A stretch of 63,565 nucleotides of DNA, counting the filler, from Choristocarpus tenellus KU-1152 (taxonomy: Eukaryota > Protista > Phaeophyceae): the NCBI GenBank assembly GCA_964200185.2. It is 9 parts of 9 records of this genome, joined end to end, with 100 filler letters (N's around TTAATTAATTAA, not from the genome) between each part and the next. Parts side by side here need not be neighbours in the genome. Positions count along the whole stretch, not along the records: positions 60,838 to 63,565 come from CAXNAD020025262.1; 8 more parts are not named here. One strand, given 5' to 3'. Below the pieces are notes generated by a model. That model was not told the DNA's origin, searched no databases, and worked only from the letters and a program-made list of their open reading frames with translations. Shown piece by piece: positions 61,911 to 63,565 of the stretch. Both the position numbers and the translations under genes were made by a program. Each line of letters starts with the position of its first letter. Positions within the stretch are counted from its first letter, which is position 1.

Positions 61911-62596
61911 TTTTGTGGTTTGTTTCTTGCTGAATTTGAATTTCTTTATGTTTGTTCGGATTTCTTTTTTCAGTGAGTCCAAAACCTGGTTGTGTTCTTC
62001 TCATAGAGGATTGGCCTTGAGGAGCCTCCTAGGATCCATAATTGTACCTTGTCAGTTCTCAAGAGTTGTTTGACCTAGTGAGGGTGTTTTTTTTTTGTCG
62101 GTTGTTCGATTAGACTCTTCCAACTCTATCGGACAGTTCTGGTTAAATGTATATGGAGTGAGAGAACAATTATTAGTGATTAAGTTTGATCAGAACCTTT
62201 TATCAGTGATTAGTTATATGAGAACATTTCTCATATAAAAGAAAATATTTATGATTTTATGGGGTGCTGCATGCCCAACTTGACGTAAATCGGTTACTCT
62301 ACAGACATCGAGCAATCTCGTTGGGTTTATCACCTTCATTATTTTTGATGACTTGGGCGATACTTCAACATCTATACTGTATCCACAACACTATCCATGA
62401 ACAGTCTTTTCATCGGCTTTCTCGCTGACACGCCTGTAAAATGTCAGAGGGCAAAAAAATATGTATATATTTGATACAGTATCCAAGTTGATATGTGACA
62501 GTTACTTCACCTTCAACCTTCATTGTCACCTTCTTCACAGCCAATCTCCTTCATCCTTCCGCGTTAGATTCTCTTAAGTTGTTGGGGACTTACGAA

Positions 62597-62965
62597 ATGG
62601 GAGACATCTGGCTTGCGGCCCGTACGAATAATACTGGGCGAATCAATGCTTTGCTGGACAAGGGGGTGAATCCCAGCGTCACGCGATGGGTGAGTCGGAC
62701 ATCCAGCATACATGCGTGTGTATCGCTTCTACCAGGCCCAAAGAATTGTGGTTTCGATATCATCAACTTCCCAATTCCCGACTCTACTCTCCACTGCCTT
62801 CCATCTCGGTAAAATGGCAAGAAGAGCGGCGTGTCACCACTCCATCGCGCCGCTCAGATGAATGGTTGTGAGACAGCTCGAATTCTCATCAAAGCAGGGG
62901 CTAGCGTGAATGCAAGGACCGCCTGGGGATGGTATACACCCCTGCACCTGGCTTGCAAAAAGCGC
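62597..62965 (+). CDS. Ankyrin-repeat protein, first two exons
   Basis: Exons 62597-62689 and 62825-~62961/62965: MGDIWLAARTNNTGRINALLDKGVNPSVTRW SGVSPLHRAAQMNGCETARILIKAGASVNARTAWGWYTPLHLACK. Confidence 0.88.
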
Positions 62966-63410
62966 GTGTGTGTATAAGAGTTATTTCTTAGATGCATTTT
63001 CTCTATGATCGGCTGACATGTGATGTTTCGTTGATAGTTCACAGTTTGGGACTTTGGGGCAGGTTTCAGACTAATACTTGGAATAGTAGTTTGTATGGAG
63101 AAGACCAGAAAGAAATTCTCAGTGTAGAGTAGATTCAAGACATTGTCCTATACCACCACAACACATACCGCTCACCATTCCTCCAAACAACACTCAATTA
63201 CATCCAAATTATTACCTATTTGTATGAAACACAGCAAATAATAAAATGCTTCGATGGAAAGTATCAAACGAACAAAATTTTAACTCCACCAACATACGTA
63301 TCCGCATTTTCTAGGATTTAGGTGCTCACATAGTTTCCCACAAAGGATGCCTAGCACAAATGATCTCATTCTTCACTCGTAGATCATGCGACATGTCCAA
63401 AACTAGGTCA

Positions 63411-63565
63411 GACTCGAAGTATCTGGGGGGGTGGGTGGCGGCTGTCCGTTTGGGGCCAACTTTTTATGTCGCAATTTTTGGGTGATTTGGTTGCATACGT
63501 CGGATGGATAATGTAAGTGCACTTTTCCTGATTATGGTTCAAATGGACCCCCTGGTGTAGACCCC
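63411..63565 (-). mobile_element. MITE family A (runs off window end)
   Basis: gactcgaagtatctgggggg...; reverse copy colinear with 45772-45921. Confidence 0.85.

Noticed and set aside
1-63565. Fanzor/TnpB, intact transposase, endogenous giant-virus genes, rRNA or tRNA genes
   Set aside because: I saw no RuvC, DNA-transposase DDE, capsid or structural RNA signatures in the ORF track or in the frames read by hand. Highly decayed or finely spliced copies cannot be excluded without HMM searches.

Overview
Eukaryotic, intron-rich draft-genome sequence. The style of the Copia and Gypsy relics, the long introns and the TTAGGG-type repeats suggest a brown alga or close stramenopile relative (inference). 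The window is nine contigs joined by eight artificial 100-nt spacers (N-run, TTAATTAATTAA, N-run), so adjacency across gaps cannot be trusted. By hand-splicing I reconstruct partial genes for: a divergent Sar1-family GTPase, a kinase-fold protein lacking catalytic residues, the C-terminus of a MATE transporter, a TPR protein, a Gly/Ser-rich low-complexity protein, an acylated cyclic-nucleotide-binding protein (PKA-R/PKG-like, 8 exons) and an ankyrin protein. The rest is decayed Gypsy and Copia retroelements, satellites, and a dense set of related MITEs. These MITEs share an AAAGTATCT terminal core, make 3-bp target-site duplications and insert into one another. Most notable: (1) CpG-island-like gene starts against CpG-depleted gene bodies and TEs, implying genome-wide CG methylation; (2) the nested MITE system, including one copy whose two TIRs both carry telomere repeats; (3) the possible SarB-type GTPase and the pseudokinase. 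No prokaryotic-type system (CRISPR, operon, defence island) is supported.
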